Below are positions 20,940-31,589 of a stretch of 64,000 nucleotides of DNA, one piece after another (position 1 is the first letter of the stretch; every line of letters begins with the position of its first letter). Both the position numbers and the translations under genes were made by a program. This DNA is from an uncultured Chloroflexia bacterium. Lineage in GTDB: Bacteria; Chloroflexota; Anaerolineae; B4-G1; SLSP01. The notes beneath the pieces were generated by a model that saw only the letters and a program-made list of their open reading frames with translations, had not been told where the DNA came from and searched no databases. Location of the stretch: contig CAVVUS010000030.1 of assembly GCA_963751345.1 (NCBI GenBank), forward strand, positions 224,001 to 288,000, written 5' to 3'.

Positions 20940-22412
20940 CTAGAATGATAGTTGGGGCACAATGAACCCAAAGAGGCACCAAAGATCCAGAGCCACCATT
21001 GCAGACAGCCATCCCCCGGCAAAGACGCTGCGCCATCGCGGCTGTGCAAACGCCAGCATCGGAAGGATGATGCCTGCGGTCCCTAACATCGCTAACGGCC
21101 ACACGGGCATATCGTCACGAATCAGGCCGGCGATCCCCAGCGCCACGGCAACCACCAGAAGAGCCAGTGAAGTTCCCACGGCAAGCTTCGGCTGCATCAA
21201 CGACCGCCAACCCAGTGCGGCGCCCAGCGCCAGCAGCGGCAGCGCCGGGAACAGATACCGTCCCTGATGCTGCACAAAGGTGACGTTATAGACGACGACC
21301 ATACCGAGGGTGATCAAGCCGGCGGTCCCCAACACGATCAGATCGTCGCGCTGATGTGGCTTGAGTCCTGCCTGTACGGCATCGAAGAGGTACCAAGCGA
21401 TCCCGTAGATCGTCAATGCAGAGAAAACCGCCAAGCCCTGATATATCCGAAGGTCCAGCACGACACCCATCCAGCCGAATTGACCCCAGAACGACCTAAA
21501 CAGGGTCCAGACAGCGTCTCGCAGAAACGGCCTGAGCCCCTGCTGGGCAATCCACGCGGCAGTCTGGGGTTGGCCGACCACCACGTCGCCGTGACGCATG
21601 AGCCCAAACAGATCGGGCCAGCCGTAAACGGCGATGTTGCGCCCCCACCATAGACCGCCCAACACCGCCACCGGCAGGGCCATCGCGAGCAGTTGCCGCG
21701 CTGCCCAGCGAACAGGCATCCCGGCACGACGGTAGCGAAGGTAGATGACAAGCAGCGTCAGTGGCAGCACGCCATAGCCTGTGGTCTTGGTCAGCACCAC
21801 TGCGCCGGCGATGAGGCCCAACAGCCACGGGGACGCGCGGCCGCGCAAGTAGCGCAGCGCCAGCCACAGCCAGAGCCAGAGCAGTGCCACAACCAGCGCA
21901 TCATTGTTGACCGAGGCCATAATGGCGAGATACTGCGGGATGAACGCGGCCAGCCCCCCGCCGAACCAGGCTATCCCGGGCCGATCCGGGTAGGCTTCAC
22001 GCAGGATGAGGAAGATCATCACAATGCCCATCCCCCCCAAGATCAGCGAGAAAAGCCGCAATGCCAGGACGGAGCCTCCCGAAAGCCAGTAGATCGGCAC
22101 GGCTAGTAGGTAATAGAGCGGGGGTTGATGGTCCTCGTATTCCAGTGGAACGACGGAAAGATTCGAAGGAAACCGCTCGGTCGTCAGGCGGCTGATGTAC
22201 GCCTGATCGTAGTCGCCGGGCTCCATCACAGGGAACCCATGACCGAGGGCCAGGGATCGAACGTAGTTGTAATGAGCCGGCTCGTCCGGGGCCTGCCAGA
22301 TGGGCGTGCCGGCCGCGTAAAGGCTGCCCACCACAAGATAAGCGACGAGGATGACGACGGCCGGCCACACCGCTCTGATCGCCGTCGGCCTCCCCCCAAT
22401 CTGAAGGCTCAC
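20940..22412 (-). CDS. GT-C (ArnT/PMT, DUF2142-like) membrane glycosyltransferase
   Basis: PIWQAPDEPAHYNY, HQPPLYY, SVNND, QHQGRYLFP; many TM segments. Confidence 0.85.
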   Translation of the reverse strand: MSLQIGGRPTAIRAVWPAVVILVAYLVVGSLYAAGTPIWQAPDEPAHYNYVRSLALGHGFPVMEPGDYDQAYISRLTTERFPSNLSVVPLEYEDHQPPLYYLLAVPIYWLSGGSVLALRLFSLILGGMGIVMIFLILREAYPDRPGIAWFGGGLAAFIPQYLAIMASVNNDALVVALLWLWLWLALRYLRGRASPWLLGLIAGAVVLTKTTGYGVLPLTLLVIYLRYRRAGMPVRWAARQLLAMALPVAVLGGLWWGRNIAVYGWPDLFGLMRHGDVVVGQPQTAAWIAQQGLRPFLRDAVWTLFRSFWGQFGWMGVVLDLRIYQGLAVFSALTIYGIAWYLFDAVQAGLKPHQRDDLIVLGTAGLITLGMVVVYNVTFVQHQGRYLFPALPLLALGAALGWRSLMQPKLAVGTSLALLVVAVALGIAGLIRDDMPVWPLAMLGTAGIILPMLAFAQPRWRSVFAGGWLSAMVALDLWCLFGFIVPQLSF

Positions 22413-23179
22413 CGGAACTCCAACCGAACGCCCTTGATGCGCTCGATGATCTTCTGCAGGATGAAGATCGCCATAAAGAAGGGGACATCCACTAGCAGCG
22501 TGCTCGCGCCCAGGAGCACGATCCACCGCACGGCCACGGTTAGGAACCGGCCGACGCCGTCGAGGATCAGCGACGTCCCACCTGCCACCGCAATCAACAC
22601 TGCGACGGCGACCGCAAGCAGGCCGAGAAAGGGCCAGGCGTGGATATCGGCGCGACTGGGCAACATCGTATTGCTGATGGTGAAGACCAGATAGACCCAG
22701 AGCCACACATCCGGCGCCCGAAGGGCCTGCAGAAAGCTGTGCAGTCCCGGCAGCCAATCTCCCTGGGAGAGCGCCGCGACGATCTCCGGCGTCCCGAAGA
22801 CAAGGTATCCAATAGCGACCACCGCAATGCTGCCAAAGATCAGGGGGGCACCGCCGATCAAACTCGCCCGGATAAAGTCGGTCTCCTCAACCGTGACAAA
22901 GCCCAACTGGATCCGTTGATCGCCACGCTTGGGAAGCAGGCTCATCCGCCCAATCTTCACCCCGGTCAACGTCGCCGTGATCGCGTGACTGAGCTCGTGG
23001 AGAAAGACGCCCGGCAGCAGGATAATCGCATAGAGCCAGAGCGCGATTTCCTGGTCCCCGCTCAACAGCAACATCACACCCTGGAGATGCCTGTGCAGCC
23101 AACGATCCGCCCCGAGCAAAAGGCCAAGGACGACTAGCACCTGTACCAAGAGGATGAGCATCGGGCTTACGAGATCCAT
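22409..23179 (-). CDS. Membrane protein with HExxH motif (M50B-like metalloprotease)
   Basis: PGVFLHELSH, GGAP, MLPSRAD. Confidence 0.7.
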   Translation of the reverse strand: MDLVSPMLILLVQVLVVLGLLLGADRWLHRHLQGVMLLLSGDQEIALWLYAIILLPGVFLHELSHAITATLTGVKIGRMSLLPKRGDQRIQLGFVTVEETDFIRASLIGGAPLIFGSIAVVAIGYLVFGTPEIVAALSQGDWLPGLHSFLQALRAPDVWLWVYLVFTISNTMLPSRADIHAWPFLGLLAVAVAVLIAVAGGTSLILDGVGRFLTVAVRWIVLLGASTLLVDVPFFMAIFILQKIIERIKGVRLEFR

Positions 23180-23303
23180 AGGGGCATTTATCCCAAATCA
23201 TACCACAGATTAGGTGGTTAAAGCCACCGTATTATCCCAATTTATCGCAGATATCCCAACTGGCAGTTGCGATTTTGTGCTTTTGCGCTATGCTCGCATC
23301 AAC

Positions 23304-24113
23304 ATGACCGACATTCACAGCTTGCAACAAGGTGCGCAGAACGGTTATGAGGTGCACACCCCCATCTTTGATGGTCCCCTCGGCCTCCTTCTTCGACTGA
23401 TCGAGAAGAATGAGTTGGATATCACCAAGGTTGCCCTGGCAAAAGTAACCGACGAGTTCATGGAGCAGGTCGATCATATGCGCGCCACCATGCAGATCGA
23501 GGTCATCGCAGAATTCCTCTTCGTCGCTGCGAAGCTGCTCTGGATCAAATCGCGCGCGCTCCTGCCAAAACCTCCGGCATCCGCCCGGGCGGCAGAGGAT
23601 GAGGACGACGTCGGCGACGAACTCATCCGGCAGCTACGAGCATACCAGCAGTACAAGGGGGCAGCCAGTTGGCTGCGAGGACGCGACGGTTCGGGGTTGC
23701 GTTCGTACGTACGTGCCGGCTATCTGCCGCGTCCCACGCGCATCACCCTTGACATCGGCGATATCGATCTGGGTGATCTGCACGAGGCTGCTCAGATGGC
23801 CCTCCTGCCGACAGAGGCACCCCGTCCCGAAAGGGCGATCCAGCGCGTCCGGATTTCTATCTCTCAACAGATCGCACTGATCCGTAAGCGGCTGGAGCGC
23901 TGGGTCAGGGTCAGCTTCCGCCGATTGCTGAGCGACGCCCCCTCTAGGCTGGAGGCCGTGGTCACGCTTCAGGCCGTTCTTGAGCTCATCAAGCAGCAAG
24001 CGGTTTCAGCCCAGCAGGAGGAGCTCTTTGGGGATATCACCATCCAGGCCCTCGTCCCGCTGCACCAGATGACGATGACCGGACAGACGCCAGACGGCAC
24101 CCCCGCCGCCTGA
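23304..24113 (+). CDS. scpA: Segregation/condensation protein A
   Basis: FDGPLGLLLRLI, AEFLFVAAKLLWIKSRALLP, AVLELIK, QEELFGDI. Confidence 0.93.
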   Translation: MTDIHSLQQGAQNGYEVHTPIFDGPLGLLLRLIEKNELDITKVALAKVTDEFMEQVDHMRATMQIEVIAEFLFVAAKLLWIKSRALLPKPPASARAAEDEDDVGDELIRQLRAYQQYKGAASWLRGRDGSGLRSYVRAGYLPRPTRITLDIGDIDLGDLHEAAQMALLPTEAPRPERAIQRVRISISQQIALIRKRLERWVRVSFRRLLSDAPSRLEAVVTLQAVLELIKQQAVSAQQEELFGDITIQALVPLHQMTMTGQTPDGTPAA

Positions 24114-24170
24114 CACCAAATCTCTAGAGATCCCGCTGCCCGCTGCAGCCGATGTCCCACGGCGTATGGT

Positions 24171-26098
24171 TCACTCGGGCTGCGCGTGGATGGGCAGGAC
24201 AAACGCAAAGGTGCTGCCCTCGCCGGGCACACTGCTCACCCAGACACGACCCTTGTGCTTTTCGATGACCGATTTCACAATGGCCAGGCCCAACCCGGTG
24301 CCCTGGACCTCTTCCGTCTCGGGACTCTGCACCCGGTAGAAACGCTCAAAGATCCGCGGCTGCTCCTCGGCAGGGATGCCAATCCCTGTATCGCTGACCT
24401 CGACAATCGCGTAATTCCCATCGGTGCGCGCGAGTACCTTGACCCGTCCCCGCGGTCGGTTGTACTTGATGGCATTGCTGATCAGGTTATCCAGGACCTG
24501 ACGCAACCGGCGCGCGTTCCCCCAAACCCGCAGCGCGCTATCGGGCAGGTCGGCAGAAAGCGCCATTGCCTCCGACCTTGCGTAGACCTGCGCCGACTCC
24601 GTGGACGTGCGAATCAACTCGTCGAGGCGGACGGCCTTCATCTCGAGATCGAAACCGGCCTCGATGCGCCCAATATCCAACAGGTCGGAAATCAGCGCGG
24701 TCACGTGCGTGAGGCTGTTGAGCGCGCGCGTGACGAAATCGTGCTGCATCTCGTTGAGCGGCCCCGCACGGTCGAGAAGCTCCACGTACCCCTGAATCGT
24801 CGTCAGTGGTGAACGCAGGTCGTGCGAGACCGTCGACACAAACTCGGACTTCAGTCGGTCCAACTCCTTGAGATGTGTGATCTCCTGCATGACGGCCACG
24901 CGACCCACGCCCGCGATGGTACTTAGCTGCGCGTTGAAAACACGGCCATCCTCAAGGTTCACTTCTGTGTGGATCACCGAAGCATCCGCCTCGGCCTGGG
25001 AGAAGAGATCGCGAACGTCAGCATTATCGGTCGCATCAGCCAACAATTGCCCCTTCGCCTCAGGATCAATCCCCAGCGCCCGCCCGGCAGTCTCACTCCA
25101 CAACCATAGCCGGTTGGACATATCGGTCACGATGATCGCATCCGCAGCATATTCCAGGATCGCGCTGAGCCGCGACCGCTCCGCTTCGCCCTCGGCGTAG
25201 AGGCGCGCGTTCTCCAACGCGATTGCGGCAAAGTCGGCGACAGACGAGAGCGTGAAGAGCTGATTCTCGGTAAACGGCAGGTCGTCTTCGCGGTTGACCA
25301 CCCCCAGAATCCCGATCGTCCCTGACCCCGATGTCTGGAGCGGAACGTAGAGAAGCGAGCTCACCAGAAAGCCGGTCGCGATCTCGGCCTCTCGATCCAG
25401 AATCACGGGTCGCCCGGACCGAATGACCTGCCAGGCGACGGGATCTGACGTCGCCTGATGGAGCTGCTGGGCCGACGGTTCATCCCAGTTCTTGGCAACC
25501 CGCACGAAGAGCTTACCGTTCTCCCTCAGCACGATGAACCCATCGCTGGCCTGGGTCAGATTCACCGAGGCCACGACGATGCGCTCCAGTATCTCATCGA
25601 CATCGAGGGAAGAAGCCACCGATTTCCCGACGGTGTAGATCGTGTTGATCTCCTGAAGCCGGGCATTGAGGCGTCGGTTTGCCTCGGCAAGGGTCGCGCC
25701 GATGCTGTCATCTCTGGGATCGTAGGTCGCGCCGGAAAGCACCTCATCAAGCGTTGCCCGTAGTCTCTCGCGGTCGAAAGGATAGGTCACCAGAGCTTGC
25801 GGCCGCAACTCCACCAGCGCGCTCAAACTTGAGATGGAGACATCGCCTGTCACGTGCAAGGAGGACAACGGGGGGACCGTCAGGATCCAACTGCAGGGCG
25901 CGTACGTCCAGGGGCACGCCATCACCAATCTGAGGGTAGCGAGACAACCAGAAGCTCTATGCTTGGATCGCGAATAGCAGATCGAAGCTCGGCCAATCCG
26001 CTCACCTGGGTCGCAGAGAGGCCAGGCGGGAGGAGGCCGGCAAACTCCGCAAAGAGCGGAGTGTCTTCACAAAAGACGAGAATATGAGGCAACTTCAC
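24171..26098 (-). CDS. Sensor histidine kinase (degenerate REC-GAF-PAS-HisKA-HATPase), frameshift near 25930
   Basis: VSHDLRSPL, NLISNAIKY, DTGIGI, GTGLGL. Confidence 0.9.
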
Positions 26099-26196
26099 CT
26101 TCCTGGTTGTCTGGCATAGACCGAGCCTGCCCGCCGGCTACCCGACATCATAGCCGATTCGGGAGGTCGAGCAAGTCGCGGTGGTGCTATAGGACG

Positions 26197-26231
26197 AACC
26201 TTGCGAAGGTTTCGGAAACCTTCGCAAGGTT
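26197..26231. repeat. Perfect 17-bp palindrome (REP-like)
   Basis: AACCTTGCGAAGGTTTC-G-GAAACCTTCGCAAGGTT; a half copy sits at about 36612. Confidence 0.85.
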
Positions 26232-26325
26232 GGGTCGAGGGCCGTGCAGGCCAGAGAAACTTTCCATGGCCCGGCTACGTACTAAACTGGTAGGGCATAC
26301 GTGACTCAACAAGGGGGATACGATC

Positions 26326-26721
26326 ATGAGACTCTTGATCCGTTGGGCAATCAGCGCACTATCTCTTTTCGCGGCGGCATGGCTCGTCCCAGGCATTCAC
26401 GTCGATGACAGCCGGGGATGGGTCGTCTATGCAGTGATGGCCGTCGTCCTCAGCCTCGTCAATGCACTGGTCCGGCCATTGTTGAAGCTGCTGACCTGTC
26501 CACTCATTCTCCTGACACTGGGGTTGTTCACGCTCGTCATCAACGCCATCTCACTGCTCATCGCCGCCTACCTGGCCAACGACCTCTTCCATGTGGGCTT
26601 CTACATCGATGGGTTCTGGCCGGCACTCTGGGGCGCCATCATCGTCAGCGTTGTCAGCATCGTGCTCAGTGCGTTCATTCATGACGACGATGAGCATCGG
26701 CAGCGTCGCCGCGACCGGTAG
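26326..26721 (+). CDS. Phage-holin-family (YvlD/DUF360) membrane protein
   Basis: LVNALVRPLLKLLTCPLILLTLGLFTLVINA. Confidence 0.9.
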   Translation: MRLLIRWAISALSLFAAAWLVPGIHVDDSRGWVVYAVMAVVLSLVNALVRPLLKLLTCPLILLTLGLFTLVINAISLLIAAYLANDLFHVGFYIDGFWPALWGAIIVSVVSIVLSAFIHDDDEHRQRRRDR

Positions 26722-26803
26722 CGGGTGCTTGTAAATCACCTCCTGCGTGTTATCATGCGGCAGGGCGCCGAGCAAGACGACTGCCCCGGAGGAGGAATAT
26801 CCC

Positions 26804-27313
26804 GTGGTCAACATCCGACGCATCACACTCACGGCATTGATGGCCGCCCTGATTTTCGTCCTGACCACCGTGCCGCGCATTCCCGTGCCGGCCACCGGGG
26901 GGTACATCCATCTAGGTGACGCCGGGATCTCGTTCGCGGCGGTGGCTTTCGGCCCTTGGGTCGCTATGGCGTCGGGGGGACTTGGCACCGCGCTGGCCGA
27001 TCTGTTGGGCTTTCCGCAGTGGGCGATTTTCTCCCTCGTTGTCCACGGCCTCCAGGGCTTAGTACTGGGGCTCATCTTCCGCAGGGGCCTGAACTGGCTC
27101 ACCGCGGTGCTGGCAGCGTTGGCCGGGATCGTCATCGTCGTCGCGGGGTACTTTGTGGCGGGTGTCATCCTTGAGGGCGCCGCGGTCGCCGCCCTGGAGA
27201 TCGTTCCGAATATCATCCAGGCGTTCAGCGGGAGCTTGATCGGTATTCCGCTCTACTGGGCCGTCCGGCGGGCCTATCCGCCCCTGGAGTCGTACAGCGA
27301 GCGCTCGGCCTGA
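26804..27313 (+). CDS. ECF transporter S component
   Basis: RIPVPATGGYIHLGD, GTALADLL. Confidence 0.9.
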   Translation: MVNIRRITLTALMAALIFVLTTVPRIPVPATGGYIHLGDAGISFAAVAFGPWVAMASGGLGTALADLLGFPQWAIFSLVVHGLQGLVLGLIFRRGLNWLTAVLAALAGIVIVVAGYFVAGVILEGAAVAALEIVPNIIQAFSGSLIGIPLYWAVRRAYPPLESYSERSA

Positions 27314-27334
27314 CGACAGTCTCTGAGACGTTGC

Positions 27335-27369
27335 GCGGAGGAGGGGCTCATACCTCCTCCGCTTTTTTT
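27335..27369 (+). terminator. Intrinsic terminator
   Basis: GCGGAGGAGG-N8-CCTCCTCCGC followed by T7. Confidence 0.85.
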
Positions 27370-27412
27370 GGTTTTCTGCAGGGCCAAACACGATCGAGCA
27401 TCAGGCTTCTAT

Positions 27413-28876
27413 ATGATCAGGGCAGATAACATCACCTTTGCATACGCACCACGCCAGCCGGGGGACGAACCGGAAGAGGTTCTCACCGATTGTTCACTAC
27501 GGCTGGATGCAGGCCAGGCCACCGCCGTGATGGGATCCACCGGTGCCGGGAAGAGCACCCTCAGCTACGTGCTCGCAGGGCTCGCCCCTCGCCACACCGG
27601 CGGGACGCTGTCCGGGTCGCTCTCGATCGCCGGGCACAACGCAGTAGAGAAACCACCTGCGATCGGCAGCGTGGGACTGCTGTTCCAGGACGCCGCAACC
27701 CAGCTCTTCAACACCTCCGTGGAGGACGAGATTGCGTGGGGATTGGAGGCTATGGGGCTCACGCCGGCTGAGATCGAGCGCCGGGTCGAGGCATCACTGA
27801 CGCGCTTTGAGCTCGCACGGGACCGCGGGCGCCCCCCCTGGGCGCTTTCAGGCGGGCAGCAGAAACGACTCGCGCTGGCTGCGCTATGGGCGATGCGACC
27901 ACGGATTCTGATCCTGGACGAGCCCCTGGGCGGGCTCGACCCCGAGGGGCGTGAGGAAGTGCTGACCTCGCTCGAGGGATTGAGGGAAGCGGGGACCGCG
28001 CTGCTGGTGATGACGCTGCGACCGGAGACCGCAGGGCGGGTTGGGGCCGTCTCGCTTCTGGCCGATGGTCACTTGTCTGCCCCGGCCCCGCTGCCCGAAC
28101 TCCTCAAACGAACCGACGATCTCATCGCGACCGGCCTGCTGCTGCCCACGACGCTGTGGCCCGATCTCGGCCCGAAGCGGGCCATGGATTCAGCTCAAGC
28201 TGCCGTCGATGTCCGGGGCCTCCGATTTCGCTACGCAGGCGAGGCCGAGGTCCTCCATGGCATCGATCTCCGAATACCCACAGGCCAGTTTGTCGCGGTC
28301 GTCGGAGCGAACGGCGCCGGGAAGAGCACGCTCGTCCGCCACCTCAACGGCCTGCTGCGCCCCACAGGTGGCGACGTGGAGATCCTGGGCACGCCCATCG
28401 GCAAACGCTCGACCGGCGAGATGGCCCGGCAGGTGGGGTTTCTCTTCCAACGTCCCGAACAGCAGCTTTTCGCGCCGACGGTGCGCGAGGAAGTGGCGTA
28501 CGGACCCACACGGCTCGGAATGGATGCAGTCGAGCAGCGCGTCGCATCGATCCTCGACCGGTTTGGCCTGCAAAACGTCGCTGACATCCCACCGGCGCTG
28601 CTGGGTTACGGCGCGCGGCGAACCGTCACGCTGGCCTCCCTCGCCGCGCTGTCCACGCCCATCGTCGTGCTCGACGAGCCCACCGTGGGCCTCGATGGCC
28701 GGGGACTGGGACAGTTACTCACCTGGTTCTCGGATCTGCGGGCGGAGGGCGTGACGATCATCCTGGTCACCCACGAACTCGACCTGGCGTCACGCGCCGA
28801 CCGGGTCATCGCCCTGAAAGCGGGACGGATTGTGGACGACGGGGAGCCCTCCTCGGTGCTCAAGACTGCGATATGA
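27413..28876 (+). CDS. ECF transporter ATPase, fused tandem A-A'
   Basis: Two Walker A motifs (GSTGAGKST, GANGAGKST), LSGGQ, two LDEP. Confidence 0.92.
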   Translation: MIRADNITFAYAPRQPGDEPEEVLTDCSLRLDAGQATAVMGSTGAGKSTLSYVLAGLAPRHTGGTLSGSLSIAGHNAVEKPPAIGSVGLLFQDAATQLFNTSVEDEIAWGLEAMGLTPAEIERRVEASLTRFELARDRGRPPWALSGGQQKRLALAALWAMRPRILILDEPLGGLDPEGREEVLTSLEGLREAGTALLVMTLRPETAGRVGAVSLLADGHLSAPAPLPELLKRTDDLIATGLLLPTTLWPDLGPKRAMDSAQAAVDVRGLRFRYAGEAEVLHGIDLRIPTGQFVAVVGANGAGKSTLVRHLNGLLRPTGGDVEILGTPIGKRSTGEMARQVGFLFQRPEQQLFAPTVREEVAYGPTRLGMDAVEQRVASILDRFGLQNVADIPPALLGYGARRTVTLASLAALSTPIVVLDEPTVGLDGRGLGQLLTWFSDLRAEGVTIILVTHELDLASRADRVIALKAGRIVDDGEPSSVLKTAI

Positions 28877-29727
28877 CCGTCATCTTCGATTCGTACGTGC
28901 CCGGCACATCGCTGCTCCACCGCATGGACCCCCGCGTCAAACTCTGGGGCGCGCTGCTCGGACTGATCGGAGTCTTTCTGCTGCCCAACCTGTGGGCCCG
29001 GGGGCTCTTCCTGATCGGCATCCACCTTGTCCTGCTGACGTCCGGGGTGTCGTGGCGTGTGCTCGGCCGGCTCTGGCGCCAGATGGCGATTCTGATTATT
29101 CTCATTCTGCTGCTCCAGCCCTTCCTGCAGCCCGCGGGCCATCTCATCCTGGCCGTCGGCCCGCTGCGCTTGACGGTGGGGGGCGTGCTCGAAGCACTAG
29201 GCCTGATTGTGCGCGCGATGGGGATCGCCTTTATCATCGGTGCACTGCTCTTCACCACCGCGCAGCCCGCCCTCCTGCGAGCGCTCGTCCGTTTGGGGCT
29301 GCCGTACACGTGGGGGCTCACCATCAGCCTCGCCCTGAGGTTTCTTCCGGCAATACAGGATCTCTTTCGTGCTGTGCGGGATGCTCAGGCGGCGCGGGGG
29401 TGGGTAGCCAAGGGGAACCTGGTCAGGCGCTTCCGGGAGTACATTCCCGTGCTGGTCGCGGTGCTGATCGGAACGCTGCGGATGAGCGACCAGCTTACGC
29501 TGGCCCTGGCAGCGCGGGGGCTGGAGACCATGGGGCAGCGCACTGCCTGGCACGAGCTCCGTATGAGGGCATCCGACTGGATCTTTGCTGCCGTCATTCA
29601 CCGTTGGAACGGCGGCCTTCGCGTGGTGGCGACTTGGGCTATGAGTGCCGAGGCATGCCATCCTGCCACGAATTGCCGTTCCAGGCGCCAGGCACCTCTA
29701 CGCGCAGCGAGGATTGCTCGACCATGA
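28873..29727 (+). CDS. ecfT: ECF transmembrane T component; the C-terminus is probably frameshifted
   Basis: LHRMDPRVKL, LALRFLP, two ARG motifs. Confidence 0.9.
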   Translation: MTVIFDSYVPGTSLLHRMDPRVKLWGALLGLIGVFLLPNLWARGLFLIGIHLVLLTSGVSWRVLGRLWRQMAILIILILLLQPFLQPAGHLILAVGPLRLTVGGVLEALGLIVRAMGIAFIIGALLFTTAQPALLRALVRLGLPYTWGLTISLALRFLPAIQDLFRAVRDAQAARGWVAKGNLVRRFREYIPVLVAVLIGTLRMSDQLTLALAARGLETMGQRTAWHELRMRASDWIFAAVIHRWNGGLRVVATWAMSAEACHPATNCRSRRQAPLRAARIARP

Positions 29728-29782
29728 TGATGTGCTATACTGCTGCGCAGGCGGAAGCACATAGGCAAGCGACCGTCATCCT

Positions 29783-30736
29783 ATGACGTACAAGACAACC
29801 CTGATCTACAATCCTACGGCCGGCCCCTGGGATATGGCACGCCCCCTCAAACGCCTCGCGACCTACCTGGGCAAGAATGGGTGGCAGATCGAGCTGGCCC
29901 AGACCGAGCAGCCGGGAGACGCCGCACGCCATGCTCGCGACGCTGCCGATGGCGGGGCCGACCTCGTGCTCATCGCCGGGGGCGATGGCACGATCAACGA
30001 AGCGGCCAACGGGTTGAGCGACAGCGACACCACCCTGGGTATCGTTCCCGTTGGCACCGGCAATATCCTGGCCCACCAATTGCGGATGCCCGTCCTCCCG
30101 GTGGTTGCCCCGTTGGTCAAGGACGTCGGCGACGCCCTCCTCAGGAGCCGCGTTCAGCGAGTCGACATGGGCGTCATCAACGAGCGCCGTTTCGTCTGCT
30201 GGGCCGGGCTCGGGTTGGATGCCGAGATCGCAGCCCAGATGGAGCCGCGCCCCCGACATATGAAGCGCTTGCGCACGCTGCCTTACATCATCACAGGGTT
30301 CGCGGTGGCGTCCGAGTACCGCGGCGTGCGGTCGCACTTCCTCATTGAGGATCGTACGTTTCGTACCCGAACCCTGTTAGCCGTCGTGAGCAACATCCAG
30401 CTCTACGCGGCCTTCTTTCAGATTGCGCCTCACGCACGGATGGACGACGGGCTGCTGGATATCTTCGTTTTCAAAGGACTGGGGTTCTCCTATGCCCTGA
30501 GGTTCGCGATGCAATCCATCACCGGGCGCCATCTCGACAGTCCCCACGTGATGCACGCGCTGGCCAGCAGGATGGAGGTCGAGACGACGCCCCACGTCGC
30601 CGTTCACCTGGATGGAGATCCCTACGGATGCACACCCGCCACATTCGGGATACATCCGCTTTCACTGCGCCTCCTGGTGCCACCGCATGCCCCCGAGAGC
30701 CTTTTCAGCCGGCCACCTGAGAGGCCGTCACGGTAA
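29783..30736 (+). CDS. Diacylglycerol/lipid kinase (YegS/DgkB family)
   Basis: YNPTAG, AGGDGTINE, PVGTGN, DDGLLD, DGD. Confidence 0.92.
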   Translation: MTYKTTLIYNPTAGPWDMARPLKRLATYLGKNGWQIELAQTEQPGDAARHARDAADGGADLVLIAGGDGTINEAANGLSDSDTTLGIVPVGTGNILAHQLRMPVLPVVAPLVKDVGDALLRSRVQRVDMGVINERRFVCWAGLGLDAEIAAQMEPRPRHMKRLRTLPYIITGFAVASEYRGVRSHFLIEDRTFRTRTLLAVVSNIQLYAAFFQIAPHARMDDGLLDIFVFKGLGFSYALRFAMQSITGRHLDSPHVMHALASRMEVETTPHVAVHLDGDPYGCTPATFGIHPLSLRLLVPPHAPESLFSRPPERPSR

Positions 30737-30759
30737 CCGGAGCTTCGGATCCCTACGAG

Positions 30760-31556
30760 ATGATTGACACGCATACACACAGCCACCACTCGCCCGATGG
30801 ACACGCGGATATGGCCGCAATGGTGGCGTCCGCCCAAGCCCTGGGACTGACCGGCATCACCTTCACCGATCACGGTGAGTGGACTCCCGGCGACAATGCG
30901 GTCGGGTTCCTCGACCTGGACCGGTACTTTGCCGAGATAGCCGAGGTGCGCGACCGGTTCGCGGGCACGATGGCCGTGCTCTCAGGCGTGGAACTCGGCA
31001 ACCCGCACGATTATCCGGAGGAGGCCGCCGCGATGCTGGCGGGGTACCCCTTCGACCTCGTCATCGGCTCGGTCCATTGGCTCGACGGCCAGCCGGGCTG
31101 GAGCCGCCGTTCTTTGCCCAAGGGCTGGACGCCGGCTATCGCCGCTACTTCGAGGAGGTCGTCCGGATGGTCGAGGTGGCCGACTTCGACGTGCTGGGGC
31201 ACCTGGACCTCGTGCGCCGCGACTCGTGGGAGCTCTTCCACGAAGGTGCTGACATTGGATCCCTATCGCGATCTCATCGAGCAGGTACTGCGTAACCTGA
31301 TCGAGACCGGGAGAGGTATGGAGGTCAACACCTCCGGGCTGCGTAAGGGCCTGCCGGAGCCGGTACCCGGGGCGCCAGATCCTGCAGTGGTACCGGGCGC
31401 TTGGGAGGCGAGATCCTCGTTTTGGGCTCCGATGGCCATCGCCCGGAGCACGTGGGCTATGGCTTCGACACCGCGCGCGACCTGGCACGGGCAGCCGGTT
31501 TCGAGCGCGTAGCACGCTACCGGGAACGTCAGATCGTTGACTGGATCGCGCTGTAG
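30760..31556 (+). CDS. Histidinol-phosphatase, HisJ (PHP family), about 3 frameshifts
   Basis: DTHTHS, FTDH, GVE, IGSVH, GHLDL, EVNTSGLR. Confidence 0.85.
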
Positions 31557-31589
31557 AGAAAGACCCAGACTGTCGTAAGACAGGAGATT

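Noticed and set aside
26326-26721. Prophage suggested by the holin-family gene
   Set aside because: The YvlD/DUF360 family is commonly chromosomal and there are no other phage genes.
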